From an uncultured Sphingomonas sp. (GTDB taxonomy: Bacteria > Pseudomonadota > Alphaproteobacteria > Sphingomonadales > Sphingomonadaceae), in contig NZ_CAXSHM010000007.1 of the NCBI RefSeq assembly GCF_964237335.1, positions 8,923-72,922 on the forward strand: 64,000 nucleotides of DNA, read 5' to 3'. The translations under genes were made by a program, and so were the position numbers. Below the pieces are notes generated by a model, which worked only from the letters and a program-made list of their open reading frames with translations, had not been told where the DNA came from and did no database searches. Positions 30,407 to 42,372 of this stretch are shown here, one piece after another (within the stretch, counting starts at the first letter, position 1; each line of letters starts with the position of its first letter).

Positions 30407-33286
30407 GTGACAGTGAAGGTTTCAACTCTTGGCGCGCGTGCCACCGCTGCGCTGCTGACAGGCACGATCCTGTCCGGCCTGCCCGTCGCCGGCCAGGCTC
30501 AGGTGCGGTCCGGTCCTACCGCGGCCGGACCCGCCACCGATGGCCGCCCTGCATCTCAACTGTCGGCCAACGCTCCGGTTCCCGCGACCCCGCCTGCTCC
30601 TGCTCCCGCAGCGCCCGCTGTCGTCCGCACAGTGAAGACGCTGCGGGTTGAGGGCTCGCAGCGGATCGAGCCCGAGACGGTGCTGTCCTACACCAAGCTG
30701 CGCATCGGCCAGACGTACACCAACGAAACGCTCGATCAGGCGATCAAGGACCTGCAGGCGAGCGACCTGTTTGCCGACGTGCAAATCGCGGGCGCGGTGA
30801 CGGGCGACATCGTGCTGCGCGTGCGCGAGAACCCGATCGTCAACCGCGTGATCTTCGAAGGCAACAAGAACCTCAAGGAAGACAAGATCACCAAGGAGGT
30901 GAAGCTCAAGCCGCGGCAGATCTTCACCCGCACCGCCGTCCGCCAGGACGTCGCACGCATCATCGAGCTGTACCGCCGTCAGGGCCGCTTCGCCGCGACC
31001 GTCAGCCCCAAGATGGTCAGCCTCGACCAGAACCGCGTCGACGTGGTGTTCGAGGTGACGGAGGGCGCGAAGTCCAAGGTCCGTCAGATCAACATCATCG
31101 GCAACCAGATCTTTTCCGACGACAAGCTGCGCGAGCAGATGGCGACGAAGCAGGCGCGCTTCTTCCGCCTGCTGTCGTCGAACACGACCTATGACCAGGA
31201 TCGTCTGGCGTACGACCAGCAGAAGCTGCGCCAGTTCTACCTGACCAACGGCTACGCCGATTTCCGCGTGACGAGCGCGGTCGCCGAGCTGACGCCCGAC
31301 AAGAAGGACTTCATCATCACGTACGTGGTGGAGGAGGGCAAACGCTATCACTTCGGCGACGTGACGGTCGACAGCGACATCCGCGATTTCGACAATACCA
31401 AGCTCGCCGCGACGCTGCCGATGAAGAAGGGCGACTGGTACAACGCCAAGCAGGTCGAGGATTCGGTCGATAGCCTGAACCAGGCGACCGGGCTGTTCGG
31501 CTATGCGTTCACCGACGTGAACCCCGAGTTCCAGCGTGACAAGGACACGCTGACGATGGGGATCAACTTCCACATCGCGCAGGCGCAGCGCACCTACGTC
31601 GAGCGGGTGGAGATCACGGGCAACACGCAGACGCAGGACAAGGTAGTGCGCCGCGAGATCCGCCTGGCGGAAGGGGACGCGTTCAACAGCTTCCAGGTCA
31701 AGCGCTCGCAGGACCGGATCAACTCGCTCGGCTATTTCCAGGACAAGTTCGAGATCAAGCAGACGGCGGGCTCGACGCCCGACCGCGTGGTGCTGAGCGC
31801 GCCGGTCGAGGAGAAGTCGACGGGCGAGCTGCAGCTGTCGGTCGGCTATTCGAGCCTCGAACAGTTCATCATCCAGGCCAACATCACGCAGCGCAACTTC
31901 CGCGGCAAGGGCGAGGAGCTGCGCGCCGGCGTCAATTACTCCTATTATTCTAAGTCGGTCGAGCTCGGCTTTACCGAGCCTTATTTGTTCGACAAGAACA
32001 TCGCACTCGGCGTCGACCTGTTCCGGCGCGATTACAACTCGTTCAACACTGTCGGCGATACACGCCAAACGACCTATCAGCAGAACTCGACCGGCTTCCA
32101 GATCCGTGCCGGCGTGCCGCTGACTGAATATTGGTCGCTGTCGGGCCGCTATGGCTTGTCGTACGACCAGGTGACGCTCGACAAGGCGACCTATTATACT
32201 GACAACAACGCCGATGGCATTCGTGGCAATGGTCCCAACGACACGTGCGATCCGCTGGTGGCGGGCCGCTACTTGTGCGACTCGCTCGGCAATCGGCTGA
32301 CCTCGTCGGTCGGCTACTCGCTGATCTACGACAGCCTCAACAGCCGCTTGCGGCCGACGGCCGGCACCAGCGCCTCGTTCAGCCAGGACTTTGCCGGCCT
32401 CGGCGGCGACGTGAAGTACATCCGCACGGTCGCCAAAGCGTCGAAGTTCAAGAACATCGGGTCGGGCTTCATCCTCTCCGCCGCCATGGAGGGGGGGTAT
32501 ATCCAGTCGCTCGAAGGCGATCGTGGGGTGGGCAACGACCGGGTGCGCATCACCGATCGCTTCTTCCTCGGCGAGCCGCAGTTCCGCGGCTTCGACATCC
32601 GCGGCGTGGGCCCGCGTGTGAAGCGGTACACGTACAACACGACCGATGCCGTCACCAACGCCGATGGCAGCATCACTCCCGCCACCCAGACGCTCATCAC
32701 CGACAAGAACTCGGTGACCGACGATGCGCTGGGTGGCCGTGCCTATTACCTCGGCAAGATCGAGCTGGAGCTTCCGCTGGGCGCGGGTGCGCGTGAGCTT
32801 GGACTGCGGCCCAGCGTCTACGCCCAGTTCGGCAGCCTGTTCGGGCTGACCGCGCCGCAGACGACCGGACCTTGCGCGACAGGGCAGACGACAACCTGCT
32901 TCCAGACCGATGCGAACGGCATCGTCCAGCCGATCATCACGCCGATCAAGGACAGCAACGGCAATCAGGTGTACATCGTACCGACGACGGACGCGTCCGG
33001 CAATGCCATCGCCAATGGCGGCACGACGACGATCTGCCCGACCGGCTATCCCGATGCGACGGGCACCTGCGTGGGAACCGTCACCAACACGGCTTCGGCG
33101 AACACGACGGCGCCGTTCAAGGAAGTCTATTATGGCAGCACCGCGATCCCGCGCATCTCCATCGGCATCGGCGTCAACTGGAACTCGCCGTTCGGGCCGC
33201 TCCGCATCGATCTCGCCAAGGTGGTTCACGCTCAACCGGGCGACGACAAGAAACTCATCACCTTCAACGTAGGAACCCAATTCTGA
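30407..33286 (+). CDS. bamA: outer membrane protein assembly factor BamA
   Basis: 959 aa, GTG start. Signal peptide, Pro/Ala-rich spacer, five POTRA-like repeats, and a C-terminal Omp85 barrel ending ...ITFNVGTQF. Confidence 0.95.
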   Translation: MTVKVSTLGARATAALLTGTILSGLPVAGQAQVRSGPTAAGPATDGRPASQLSANAPVPATPPAPAPAAPAVVRTVKTLRVEGSQRIEPETVLSYTKLRIGQTYTNETLDQAIKDLQASDLFADVQIAGAVTGDIVLRVRENPIVNRVIFEGNKNLKEDKITKEVKLKPRQIFTRTAVRQDVARIIELYRRQGRFAATVSPKMVSLDQNRVDVVFEVTEGAKSKVRQINIIGNQIFSDDKLREQMATKQARFFRLLSSNTTYDQDRLAYDQQKLRQFYLTNGYADFRVTSAVAELTPDKKDFIITYVVEEGKRYHFGDVTVDSDIRDFDNTKLAATLPMKKGDWYNAKQVEDSVDSLNQATGLFGYAFTDVNPEFQRDKDTLTMGINFHIAQAQRTYVERVEITGNTQTQDKVVRREIRLAEGDAFNSFQVKRSQDRINSLGYFQDKFEIKQTAGSTPDRVVLSAPVEEKSTGELQLSVGYSSLEQFIIQANITQRNFRGKGEELRAGVNYSYYSKSVELGFTEPYLFDKNIALGVDLFRRDYNSFNTVGDTRQTTYQQNSTGFQIRAGVPLTEYWSLSGRYGLSYDQVTLDKATYYTDNNADGIRGNGPNDTCDPLVAGRYLCDSLGNRLTSSVGYSLIYDSLNSRLRPTAGTSASFSQDFAGLGGDVKYIRTVAKASKFKNIGSGFILSAAMEGGYIQSLEGDRGVGNDRVRITDRFFLGEPQFRGFDIRGVGPRVKRYTYNTTDAVTNADGSITPATQTLITDKNSVTDDALGGRAYYLGKIELELPLGAGARELGLRPSVYAQFGSLFGLTAPQTTGPCATGQTTTCFQTDANGIVQPIITPIKDSNGNQVYIVPTTDASGNAIANGGTTTICPTGYPDATGTCVGTVTNTASANTTAPFKEVYYGSTAIPRISIGIGVNWNSPFGPLRIDLAKVVHAQPGDDKKLITFNVGTQF

Positions 33287-33945
33287 TGACCAAGACCAAG
33301 CTCCTCCTCGCCGCCGCCGCCGCGCTCGCGCTGCCCGGCACGATCGCCGCCACCGGAGCCGTCGCGCAGGTTTCCGGCGTCGCTGTCGCCGATCCGGACG
33401 GCGCGATTGCCGGCACCAAGGCGTGGACCGCCGCGCGCGCGCAGATCCAGACGACGTACAAGGCGCAGATCGATCAGGCGAATGCCCGCCGCACCGCGCT
33501 CAGCGCCGAAATCCAGCCGCTCGTCACCCAGTTCCAGACCGCGCAGCGTGCGCCCGGCGCGACCGATGCCAGCCTCCAGCCGCAGGCGCAGGCGATCCAG
33601 GCGCGCGAGAATGCGGCTAATCAGGAACTCGGCACGATCACCGCGCCCGTGACCCGCGCGCAGCAATATGCGATCGAGCAGCTTCGCGCCAAGCTGCCAG
33701 ACGCGGTGCAGAACGCGTCGCGCGCGCGCAACGTCAGCCTGCTGCTCTCGCCGCAGGCGGCGATCTTCGCGCAGCCCGCCGCCGACATCACCTCGTCGGT
33801 GACCGCCGAGCTCGACAAGCTGATCCCGTCGGTCAGCATCACGCCGCCGGCCGGATGGCAGCCGGGCCAGCAGGGTGGCGGCCAGTCCGCTCCCGCGTCC
33901 GCCCCGTCCGCTCCCGCAACCGGTCGTCGTTCTTCGGGCCGGTGA
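33286..33945 (+). CDS. OmpH/Skp family periplasmic chaperone
   Basis: 219 aa. The ATG overlaps the bamA stop by 1 nt. Signal peptide [22 protein letters not shown], a helical Q/A-rich body, and the conserved position after bamA. Confidence 0.8.
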   Translation: MTKTKLLLAAAAALALPGTIAATGAVAQVSGVAVADPDGAIAGTKAWTAARAQIQTTYKAQIDQANARRTALSAEIQPLVTQFQTAQRAPGATDASLQPQAQAIQARENAANQELGTITAPVTRAQQYAIEQLRAKLPDAVQNASRARNVSLLLSPQAAIFAQPAADITSSVTAELDKLIPSVSITPPAGWQPGQQGGGQSAPASAPSAPATGRRSSGR

Positions 33946-34445
33946 GCCAGATCGGAGCGGCCGCCGTCACGCCGGCGGAGGGCGACGCCGTCAACCGCGG
34001 CCCGCTCGACATCGGGCGCGTGATGGCGGCGCTGCCGCACCGTTATCCGATGCTGTTGGTCGACCGCGTCGAGGAGTTGATCCTCGACCGGTCGATCGTG
34101 GCGATCAAGGCGGTGACGATCAACGAGGGCTTCTTCCAGGGGCACTTTCCGGGCCGGCCGATCATGCCGGGCGTCCTGATCGTGGAGGCGCTGGCGCAGG
34201 CAGCCGGCGTGCTCGCGGTGGAAAGCCTGGGCCTCGCCGGCTCGGGCAAGCTCGTCTATTTCATGGCGATCGACGGCGCCAAGTTCCGCAAGCCCGTCGA
34301 ACCCGGGGTGCTGCTGCGGCTGGAGGTGGCGTTCGTGCAGAAGCGATCGAGCGTCTGCAAGTTCGCCGGCCGCGCGCTGGTGGACGGGCAGCTGGCGGCC
34401 GAGGCCAACTTCACCGCGATGATCGCCGATCCGCCGAAGGCATGA
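33942..34445 (+). CDS. fabZ: 3-hydroxyacyl-ACP dehydratase FabZ
   Basis: GTG overlaps the skp stop (GTGA). [13 protein letters not shown]...[23 protein letters not shown] hotdog motif. Confidence 0.93.
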   Translation: MSQIGAAAVTPAEGDAVNRGPLDIGRVMAALPHRYPMLLVDRVEELILDRSIVAIKAVTINEGFFQGHFPGRPIMPGVLIVEALAQAAGVLAVESLGLAGSGKLVYFMAIDGAKFRKPVEPGVLLRLEVAFVQKRSSVCKFAGRALVDGQLAAEANFTAMIADPPKA

Positions 34446-34446
34446 T

Positions 34447-34528
34447 CGTCACCCCAGCGAACGCTGGGGTCTCCTCGTTCCGGGTTCGACCCCAAACGGG
34501 GAGATGCCAGCGTTCGCTGGCATGACGG
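34447..34528. repeat. MITE/REP-like element, family C (CGTCACCCCAGCGAACGCTGGG arms)
   Basis: cgtcaccccagcgaacgctggggtctc ... gagatgccagcgttcgctggcatgacgg. Lies between fabZ and valS. Confidence 0.8.
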
Positions 34529-34573
34529 CAGGCGAGGGGTTGAGGGCCTCGCCCTGTACGGTAAAGCCCTTCC

Positions 34574-37423
34574 ATGACCGATCTGCCGAAGACCTTCGAT
34601 CCCGCCGCCATAGAGGCGCGCTGGTACGCGCATTGGGAGCGGGAGGGCCTGTTCCATCCCGACCGGCCGGGCGCGGAGCCGTGGACAATCGTCAACCCAC
34701 CCCCCAACGTGACCGGCTCCCTGCACATCGGCCATGCGCTCGACAACACGCTGCAGGACATCCTCGTCCGCCATGCGCGGCTGCAGGGCAAGGACGCGCG
34801 CTGGGTGGTCGGCACCGATCACGCGGGCATCGCCACGCAGATGGTCGTCGAGCGACGCATGGCGCTCCAGCAACAGAAGCGCACCGATTTCACCCGTGAC
34901 GAGTTCGTCGCGAAGGTCTGGGAGTGGAAGGCCGAAAGCGGCGGCGAGATCACCAACCAGCTCCGCCGCCTGGGCTGCTCGATGGACTGGCGGAACGAGC
35001 GGTTCACGATGGACGAGGGCTTCTCCGCCGCCGTCCGCCGCGTGTTCGTGCAGTTGCACCGCGAGGGCCTGCTGTATCGCGACAAGCGGCTGGTGAACTG
35101 GGACCCGGGCCTCGGCACGGCGATCAGCGACCTGGAGGTCGAGACGCGCGAGGAGCAGGGCGGCTTTTGGCACCTGCGCTATCCGCTGGCGGACGGGTCC
35201 GGAGCGATCTCGGTCGCGACGACGCGGCCCGAGACGTTGCTCGCCGACATGGCGGTGGCCGTGCATCCCGACGACGAGCGTTACCGGGCGCTGGTCGGCA
35301 AGCAGGTGCGGCTGCCGATCACCGGACGGTTGGTGCCGATCGTGGCGGACGAGCATGCCGATCCGGCGCTGGGATCGGGGGCGGTGAAGATCACGCCGGG
35401 ACACGATTTCAACGACTTCGAGGTGGGTCTTCGCGCCGGGATCGAGGCGCGCGCGATGCTCAACATGCTCGATGCGCAAGGGGCGGTGACGCAGACGGCG
35501 GACGGGCTGGTGCCGGACGAGCTGATCGGTCTCGACTGGTTCGCGGCGCGCGAGCGGATCGTCGCGCTGCTCGATGCCGACGGCGCGTTGGAGAAGGTGG
35601 AGACCCGCACGATCCAGCGCCCGTACGGCGATCGCTCGGGCGTGGTGATCGAGCCTTGGCTGACCGACCAATGGTACGTCGACGCGAAGACGCTCGCGCA
35701 GCCGGCGATCGAGGCGGTGCGGTCAGGCGCGATCCGCATCGTGCCCAAGACGTGGGAGAAGACGTTCTTCAACTGGATGGAGAACATTCAGCCGTGGTGC
35801 GTGTCGCGGCAACTGTGGTGGGGGCATCGGATACCGGCGTGGTACGCCGAGGATGGCCGCATCATCGTCGCCGAGGACGAGGCAGCGGCGCAGACGGAGG
35901 CGGGCGCAGGCGTGGCGCTTCGACAGGACGAGGATGTGCTCGACACCTGGTTCTCCAGCGCGCTCTGGCCGTTCGCGACGCTGGGATGGCCGGACTCCCA
36001 TGCTCCGTTCGTCTCGAGCGAAGTCGAGAGACAAACCGCGAGCACCGCCTCTGGAGCAGGTGTCTCGACTTCGCTCGACACGAACGGGTTGGGAAAAGCG
36101 AGCAGCGGTTTTGTAAACCGAAGGTCGCAACTCCACGGCCGCTATCCCAACGACATCCTCGTCTCCGGGTTCGACATCCTGTTCTTCTGGGATGCGCGCA
36201 TGATGATGCAGGGGCTCCATTTCTTGGGAGATGTGCCCTTCAAGACCTTGTATCTTCACGGTCTCGTCCGCGCCGCCGACGGCTCGAAGATGTCGAAGTC
36301 CAAGGGCAATACCGTCGATCCGCTCGGGCTGATCGACCGCTACGGCGCCGACGCGCTGCGGTTCTTCATGGCGGCGATGGAAAGCCAGGGCCGCGACATC
36401 AAGATGGATGAGAAGCGGGTCGAGGGATATCGCAACTTCGCGACCAAGCTCTGGAACGCCGCGCGCTTCTGCCAAGGGCACGGCATCGGCGGTTCGGCGT
36501 TCGCGGAGCCGCCGCCGGCCACGCTCGCGGTCAACAAGTGGATCGTTGCCGAATGCGTCGCCGCGATCCAGGCGGTCGACCTGGCGCTCGCCGACCTGCG
36601 CTTCGATGCCGCGGCGGACGCGATCTACCAGTTCATGTGGAGCCGGTTCTGCGACTGGTATCTTGAGCTCATCAAGCCCCTGCTTCAGAGCCATACCTTA
36701 TATTCCGCTCAGGCTGAGCCTGTCGAAGCCCTGTCCTTCTCTGCCGATCAAGAAAGGACAGCCCTTCGACAAGCTCAGGGAGAACGGGAGAAAGAAGAGA
36801 CCAAAGCCGTCGCCGGCTGGGTGCTCGATCAGATGCTGGTGGTGCTCCACCCGTTCATGCCGTTCATCACGGAGGAGCTGTGGCATGCGTTGGCGCCGCG
36901 AGAGCATGACCTGATCGTCGCCGACTGGCCTATGGCGGACGCGCGCGCGATCGATCCGGCGGCGCGGGCCGAGGTCGAGTGGCTGATCCGGCTGGTCAGC
37001 GAGGTGCGGGCCGCACGAACCGGGCTCAACGTGCCGCCGGGGGCCAGGCTGCCGATGCATGTGCGCGATGCTGGACCCGAGACGCAGGCGCGATTGGAGC
37101 GCAACGCGGCCGCACTCGCGCGGCTCGCGCGCGTGGACGTTGTCGAGGGAACGGCGGCCGGCGGAGCCGCGCAGGTGGTGGTGGACGAGGCGACCTTCGT
37201 GCTGCCGCTCGATGGCGTGATCGACCTCGACGCGGAGCGCGCGCGTCTTGCAAAAGGGATCGCCGTTGCCGCGAAGGATCGCGACCAGCTCGCCGCCCGA
37301 CTCGGCAACCCGAGCTTCGCCGAGCGCGCCAAACCCGAGGCGGTCGACAAGGCGCGCGCCGACCATGCCGAGCGGGCGGCGGAGGCGGATCGGCTGACGG
37401 CGGCGCTCGCGCGGCTGGGTTAG
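34574..37423 (+). CDS. valS: valine--tRNA ligase, carrying two in-frame repeat-element insertions
   Basis: 949 aa. [15 protein letters not shown] (HIGH), KMSKSKGN, an editing domain, and a C-terminal coiled coil. See the repeat features at 36005 and 36705. Confidence 0.97.
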   Translation: MTDLPKTFDPAAIEARWYAHWEREGLFHPDRPGAEPWTIVNPPPNVTGSLHIGHALDNTLQDILVRHARLQGKDARWVVGTDHAGIATQMVVERRMALQQQKRTDFTRDEFVAKVWEWKAESGGEITNQLRRLGCSMDWRNERFTMDEGFSAAVRRVFVQLHREGLLYRDKRLVNWDPGLGTAISDLEVETREEQGGFWHLRYPLADGSGAISVATTRPETLLADMAVAVHPDDERYRALVGKQVRLPITGRLVPIVADEHADPALGSGAVKITPGHDFNDFEVGLRAGIEARAMLNMLDAQGAVTQTADGLVPDELIGLDWFAARERIVALLDADGALEKVETRTIQRPYGDRSGVVIEPWLTDQWYVDAKTLAQPAIEAVRSGAIRIVPKTWEKTFFNWMENIQPWCVSRQLWWGHRIPAWYAEDGRIIVAEDEAAAQTEAGAGVALRQDEDVLDTWFSSALWPFATLGWPDSHAPFVSSEVERQTASTASGAGVSTSLDTNGLGKASSGFVNRRSQLHGRYPNDILVSGFDILFFWDARMMMQGLHFLGDVPFKTLYLHGLVRAADGSKMSKSKGNTVDPLGLIDRYGADALRFFMAAMESQGRDIKMDEKRVEGYRNFATKLWNAARFCQGHGIGGSAFAEPPPATLAVNKWIVAECVAAIQAVDLALADLRFDAAADAIYQFMWSRFCDWYLELIKPLLQSHTLYSAQAEPVEALSFSADQERTALRQAQGEREKEETKAVAGWVLDQMLVVLHPFMPFITEELWHALAPREHDLIVADWPMADARAIDPAARAEVEWLIRLVSEVRAARTGLNVPPGARLPMHVRDAGPETQARLERNAAALARLARVDVVEGTAAGGAAQVVVDEATFVLPLDGVIDLDAERARLAKGIAVAAKDRDQLAARLGNPSFAERAKPEAVDKARADHAERAAEADRLTAALARLG
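36005..36087. repeat. MITE/REP-like element (family A termini, variant core) inside the valS coding frame
   Basis: Arms ccgttcgtctcgagcgaagtcgagagac and gtgtctcgacttcgctcgacacgaacgg match at 26 of 28 positions when one is reverse-complemented. Translated in frame as [27 protein letters not shown]. Confidence 0.75.
36705..36787. repeat. MITE/REP-like element, family A, inside the valS coding frame
   Basis: ccgctcaggctgagcctgtcgaagccctgtcc...ggacagcccttcgacaagctcagggagaacgg is highly similar to the intergenic copy at 23798-23880. Translated in frame as [28 protein letters not shown]. Confidence 0.8.
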
Positions 37424-37482
37424 GGCTGTCCTGCCCGCCCATCTTGACGCATGAAGGGCGGATGGTGCGTCCGTCCCACTCC

Positions 37483-37549
37483 CCGTCACACCGGGCTCGA
37501 CCCGGGATCCCGCTTTGTCCGTTTCGCCGGATGCTCGGCAAGTCGAGGG
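37483..37549. repeat. degenerate MITE/REP-like element, family D
   Basis: The left arm ccgtcacaccgggctcgacccggg matches the 9161 copy. The right half is decayed. Confidence 0.4.
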
Positions 37550-37556
37550 AAATGGC

Positions 37557-40044
<2,488 letters not shown>

Positions 40045-40060
40045 CACCGGCGAGGCACGC

Positions 40061-40561
40061 TCAGCCTGCCGGGATCGTCGCCTGCAACGCCTTGATCCGC
40101 GCCGCCTCGCGGTCGAGAAGAGCCGTCGCCTGCCCCCGCGCGGCCTCGAGCGCCGGATAGTCGATCAACCCCGTCTGCGCGCGGCTGCCGGCAAGGTCCT
40201 CGATCGTGGTCGCGGTGTCGCTGGCGGCGGCGCGTTGCGCGTCGAGCTCGGCCAGCGCGCTCTGCGCTGCGATCCACCGCTCGCTGCCCGCCGCCTGGCC
40301 GCGCGCAGCGCCGACCAGCGGCGCCGCCCGCCTGGCCGCCGCATCGAAGTCGCGTCCGTTGCCCGCCAGCGCCGTCGTTGCGGTGGCGATCTGCGCGTCG
40401 AGCGCGGGATCGGCCACGACGGCCGCGGGCGGCGGCGTCGCCGGTTCGGCCCAGCCACGCGCCTCCGCGGGGCGCACCGCGAGCGACGGATATCCGCGCC
40501 CGCCGGCCGAACAGCCGGCGGCGAACAACAGCATCAGGGCGGGGGCCATCCGGTACGTCAT
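40061..40561 (-). CDS. hypothetical lipoprotein
   Basis: 166 aa. Lipobox LLFAAGC, with an Ala-rich helical body. Confidence 0.6.
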   Translation of the reverse strand: MTYRMAPALMLLFAAGCSAGGRGYPSLAVRPAEARGWAEPATPPPAAVVADPALDAQIATATTALAGNGRDFDAAARRAAPLVGAARGQAAGSERWIAAQSALAELDAQRAAASDTATTIEDLAGSRAQTGLIDYPALEAARGQATALLDREAARIKALQATIPAG

Positions 40562-40644
40562 GCGGCATCGCTAGGACGGCGCACCAACTCGCGCAACGCC
40601 CTTGCATCCCGCGAAAGCCGCTTCTAAAGGCACCCCTCCAAAGC

Positions 40645-40721
40645 GCGCCCGTAGCTCAGCTGGATAGAGCATCAGACTACGAATCTGAGGGTCGGACGTT
40701 CGAATCGTTCCGGGCGCACCA
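40645..40721 (+). tRNA. tRNA-Arg (anticodon ACG)
   Basis: Manual cloverleaf: acceptor GCGCCCG/CGGGCGC, D-arm GCTC-AGCTGGATA-GAGC, anticodon arm TCAGA-CTACGAA-TCTGA, T-arm GGACG-TTCGAAT-CGTTC, discriminator A, encoded CCA. Confidence 0.95.
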
Positions 40722-40774
40722 TTGGTTTACCGCATGAGTGCAAACTCTACCCGCTGGCCGAGAGGCGGACGGCG

Positions 40775-41971
40775 TCATGCCGGCACGACGTCGGCGGCGG
40801 GCATGGCCCTCTGCCGAGTCGACCCGCGATAGAGCCGGCGCCAGACCCACTCGAACGGTCCCGACTCGAAGTGTTGCAGCCACGCACGCGACCAAAGGAT
40901 CTGAAGTACCCAGACCGCGACGACGATCGCCGCCAGCGCCGGCCTGTCGAACCGTCCGAACAGGTCCGGGCCGCGGCCGCCGTAGAACAGCGCCGTCATC
41001 ATCAGCGACTGGGTAAGATAGTTGGTGAACGCCATCTGCCCGACGGGCGCCAGCATGCGCGGCAGCGCCGCCCAGCGCCTCGACCGGAACGCGAACGTCA
41101 GCATGCTGACATAGCCAAGCGAGATGAACGGCGAGAACATGTACTGGATGCCGCCGAACCAGAACAGGGCGGCGGGCGACCCGTTCATCAGGATCAGGAC
41201 CGTCGCCGCCATCATCATCAGCATGAGGCTCGTGGCGCCCGCTGCGAGGAGGGTGAAGTAGACGGAGCGCGCGGCGCTGCTCGTGAAGACGCCGAGCTTG
41301 AACAGCCCCAGGCCGATGAGCATCAGCGCGCCGCCCCAGATGATGTTGATGACCTCACCCGGGCCGATGGATCGCGCGACAACGTTGGCGTGGAGCGACT
41401 GAAGGAAGCTGCCCGAGAAGTCCCGCGCGGCGCTCGCCGCCGCCGCGACGTCCCCCGCGTCGCCGGCATGGATCGCCGCTACCGGTCGGGTCAGGAAGGC
41501 AAGCGCCATCGTGAACCCGAAAGCGATCCAGACGACAAAGAGACAGATGCCCACGGTCAACAACCGTTGCGGAGCCCAGGACCGGCACCACATCACCGCC
41601 AGCCCGGCGATGGCATAGTCCAGCAGGATGTCGCCGTGCCAGATCACGAAGCCATGGACGAGGCCGAACACCAGCAGCCATATTAGCCGCCTCACCACGA
41701 TCGGCCCGCGCTGCCGGTTACTACGCTCGCCACCAACAAGAAATATAGACGCCCCAAACAGCATCGAGAACAGGGTGACGAACTTTTCGCGGAAGAACAC
41801 CTGGGTGACCAGCCACACCGCCGTGCTGGCGGGCGAGTGGCCATAAGGCCACAGCGGCAGCGACTCGGCGGTCGGCGGCGCAGCCGCGAAGTCCGGGATG
41901 TTGCAGAGCAGGATGCCTAGGACGCCAAGTCCACGGATCGCATCGAGCAAGACGAATCGATTGCCGGTCAC
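40775..41971 (-). CDS. DUF418 domain-containing membrane protein (YeiB-like)
   Basis: Polytopic protein with RFVLLDAIRGLGVLGILLCN N-terminus and a C-terminal ...GPFEWVWR motif. GTG 41971 has an AGGGGA RBS. The track ORF extends to TTG 42022. Confidence 0.75.
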   Translation of the reverse strand: MTGNRFVLLDAIRGLGVLGILLCNIPDFAAAPPTAESLPLWPYGHSPASTAVWLVTQVFFREKFVTLFSMLFGASIFLVGGERSNRQRGPIVVRRLIWLLVFGLVHGFVIWHGDILLDYAIAGLAVMWCRSWAPQRLLTVGICLFVVWIAFGFTMALAFLTRPVAAIHAGDAGDVAAAASAARDFSGSFLQSLHANVVARSIGPGEVINIIWGGALMLIGLGLFKLGVFTSSAARSVYFTLLAAGATSLMLMMMAATVLILMNGSPAALFWFGGIQYMFSPFISLGYVSMLTFAFRSRRWAALPRMLAPVGQMAFTNYLTQSLMMTALFYGGRGPDLFGRFDRPALAAIVVAVWVLQILWSRAWLQHFESGPFEWVWRRLYRGSTRQRAMPAADVVPA

Positions 41972-42183
41972 AGCATCCCCTTTCGCTGTTCCGCAAGTAA
42001 CACGCGTCTTATCTGGCCGCAACGAAACGGGCGCGCACCGGTCGGAGCCTCAATGATCTGGACTCCGGGAGGTCATTGGCTGTACTAACCGCGGCTAATC
42101 AGTAGCTTGTCGATTTGCGGCGATTGTCATCGCTCGTAAGTCACGACAGCTCGTGCCGCTTTGCTCAACGGCAAATATCAGGC

Positions 42184-42372
42184 ATGACGATGAAGATCGG
42201 CATTCTTGAGACGCGCGGCCTGCCCGGGAACTTGGCGGGCATCCACTAGCGGTACGATGCGATGATGTACAGGGTGCTGGGCGCGGCGCATGATTACGCT
42301 ACGTTCCGCGTCTTCGCGAGAGCGACTAAAGTAGGATACCGGATATTTGACACGTTCGTCATCACCGGATGA
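42184..42372 (+). pseudogene. 5' remnant of a class I glutamine amidotransferase-like gene (in-frame TAG, truncated)
   Basis: Reads MTMKIGILETRGLPGNLAGIH-TAG-RYDAMMYRVLGAAHDYATFRVFARATKVGYRIFDTFVITG-TGA. This resembles the N-terminus of GATase1/GuaA-like proteins (MKIGILxTG...DAxxITGS). Only about 260 nt remain before the accC stop. Confidence 0.4.

Noticed and set aside
30422-33280. Very long antisense or alternate-frame ORFs. Examples: 30422-33280 minus (952 aa), 60154-62886 minus (910 aa), 13686-15584 minus (632 aa), 16903-18669 minus (588 aa), 28465-30339 5' part, 7672-8982, 26300-27976 5' part.
   Set aside because: These are shadow ORFs typical of high-GC DNA. They are Arg/Ala/Pro/Gly-rich and lack recognisable motifs. 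Each lies opposite or out of frame to a gene with unmistakable homology (bamA, pepO, M24 peptidase, alaS, dxr and others).
42023-42040. Direct repeat of the tRNA-Arg 3' end as the attR site of an integrated island.
   Set aside because: The match is only about 15 of 19 positions and needs a 4-nt gap, which is easily reached by chance in GC-rich DNA. No integrase gene is present. It is kept only as a weak remark in the gene-decay finding.
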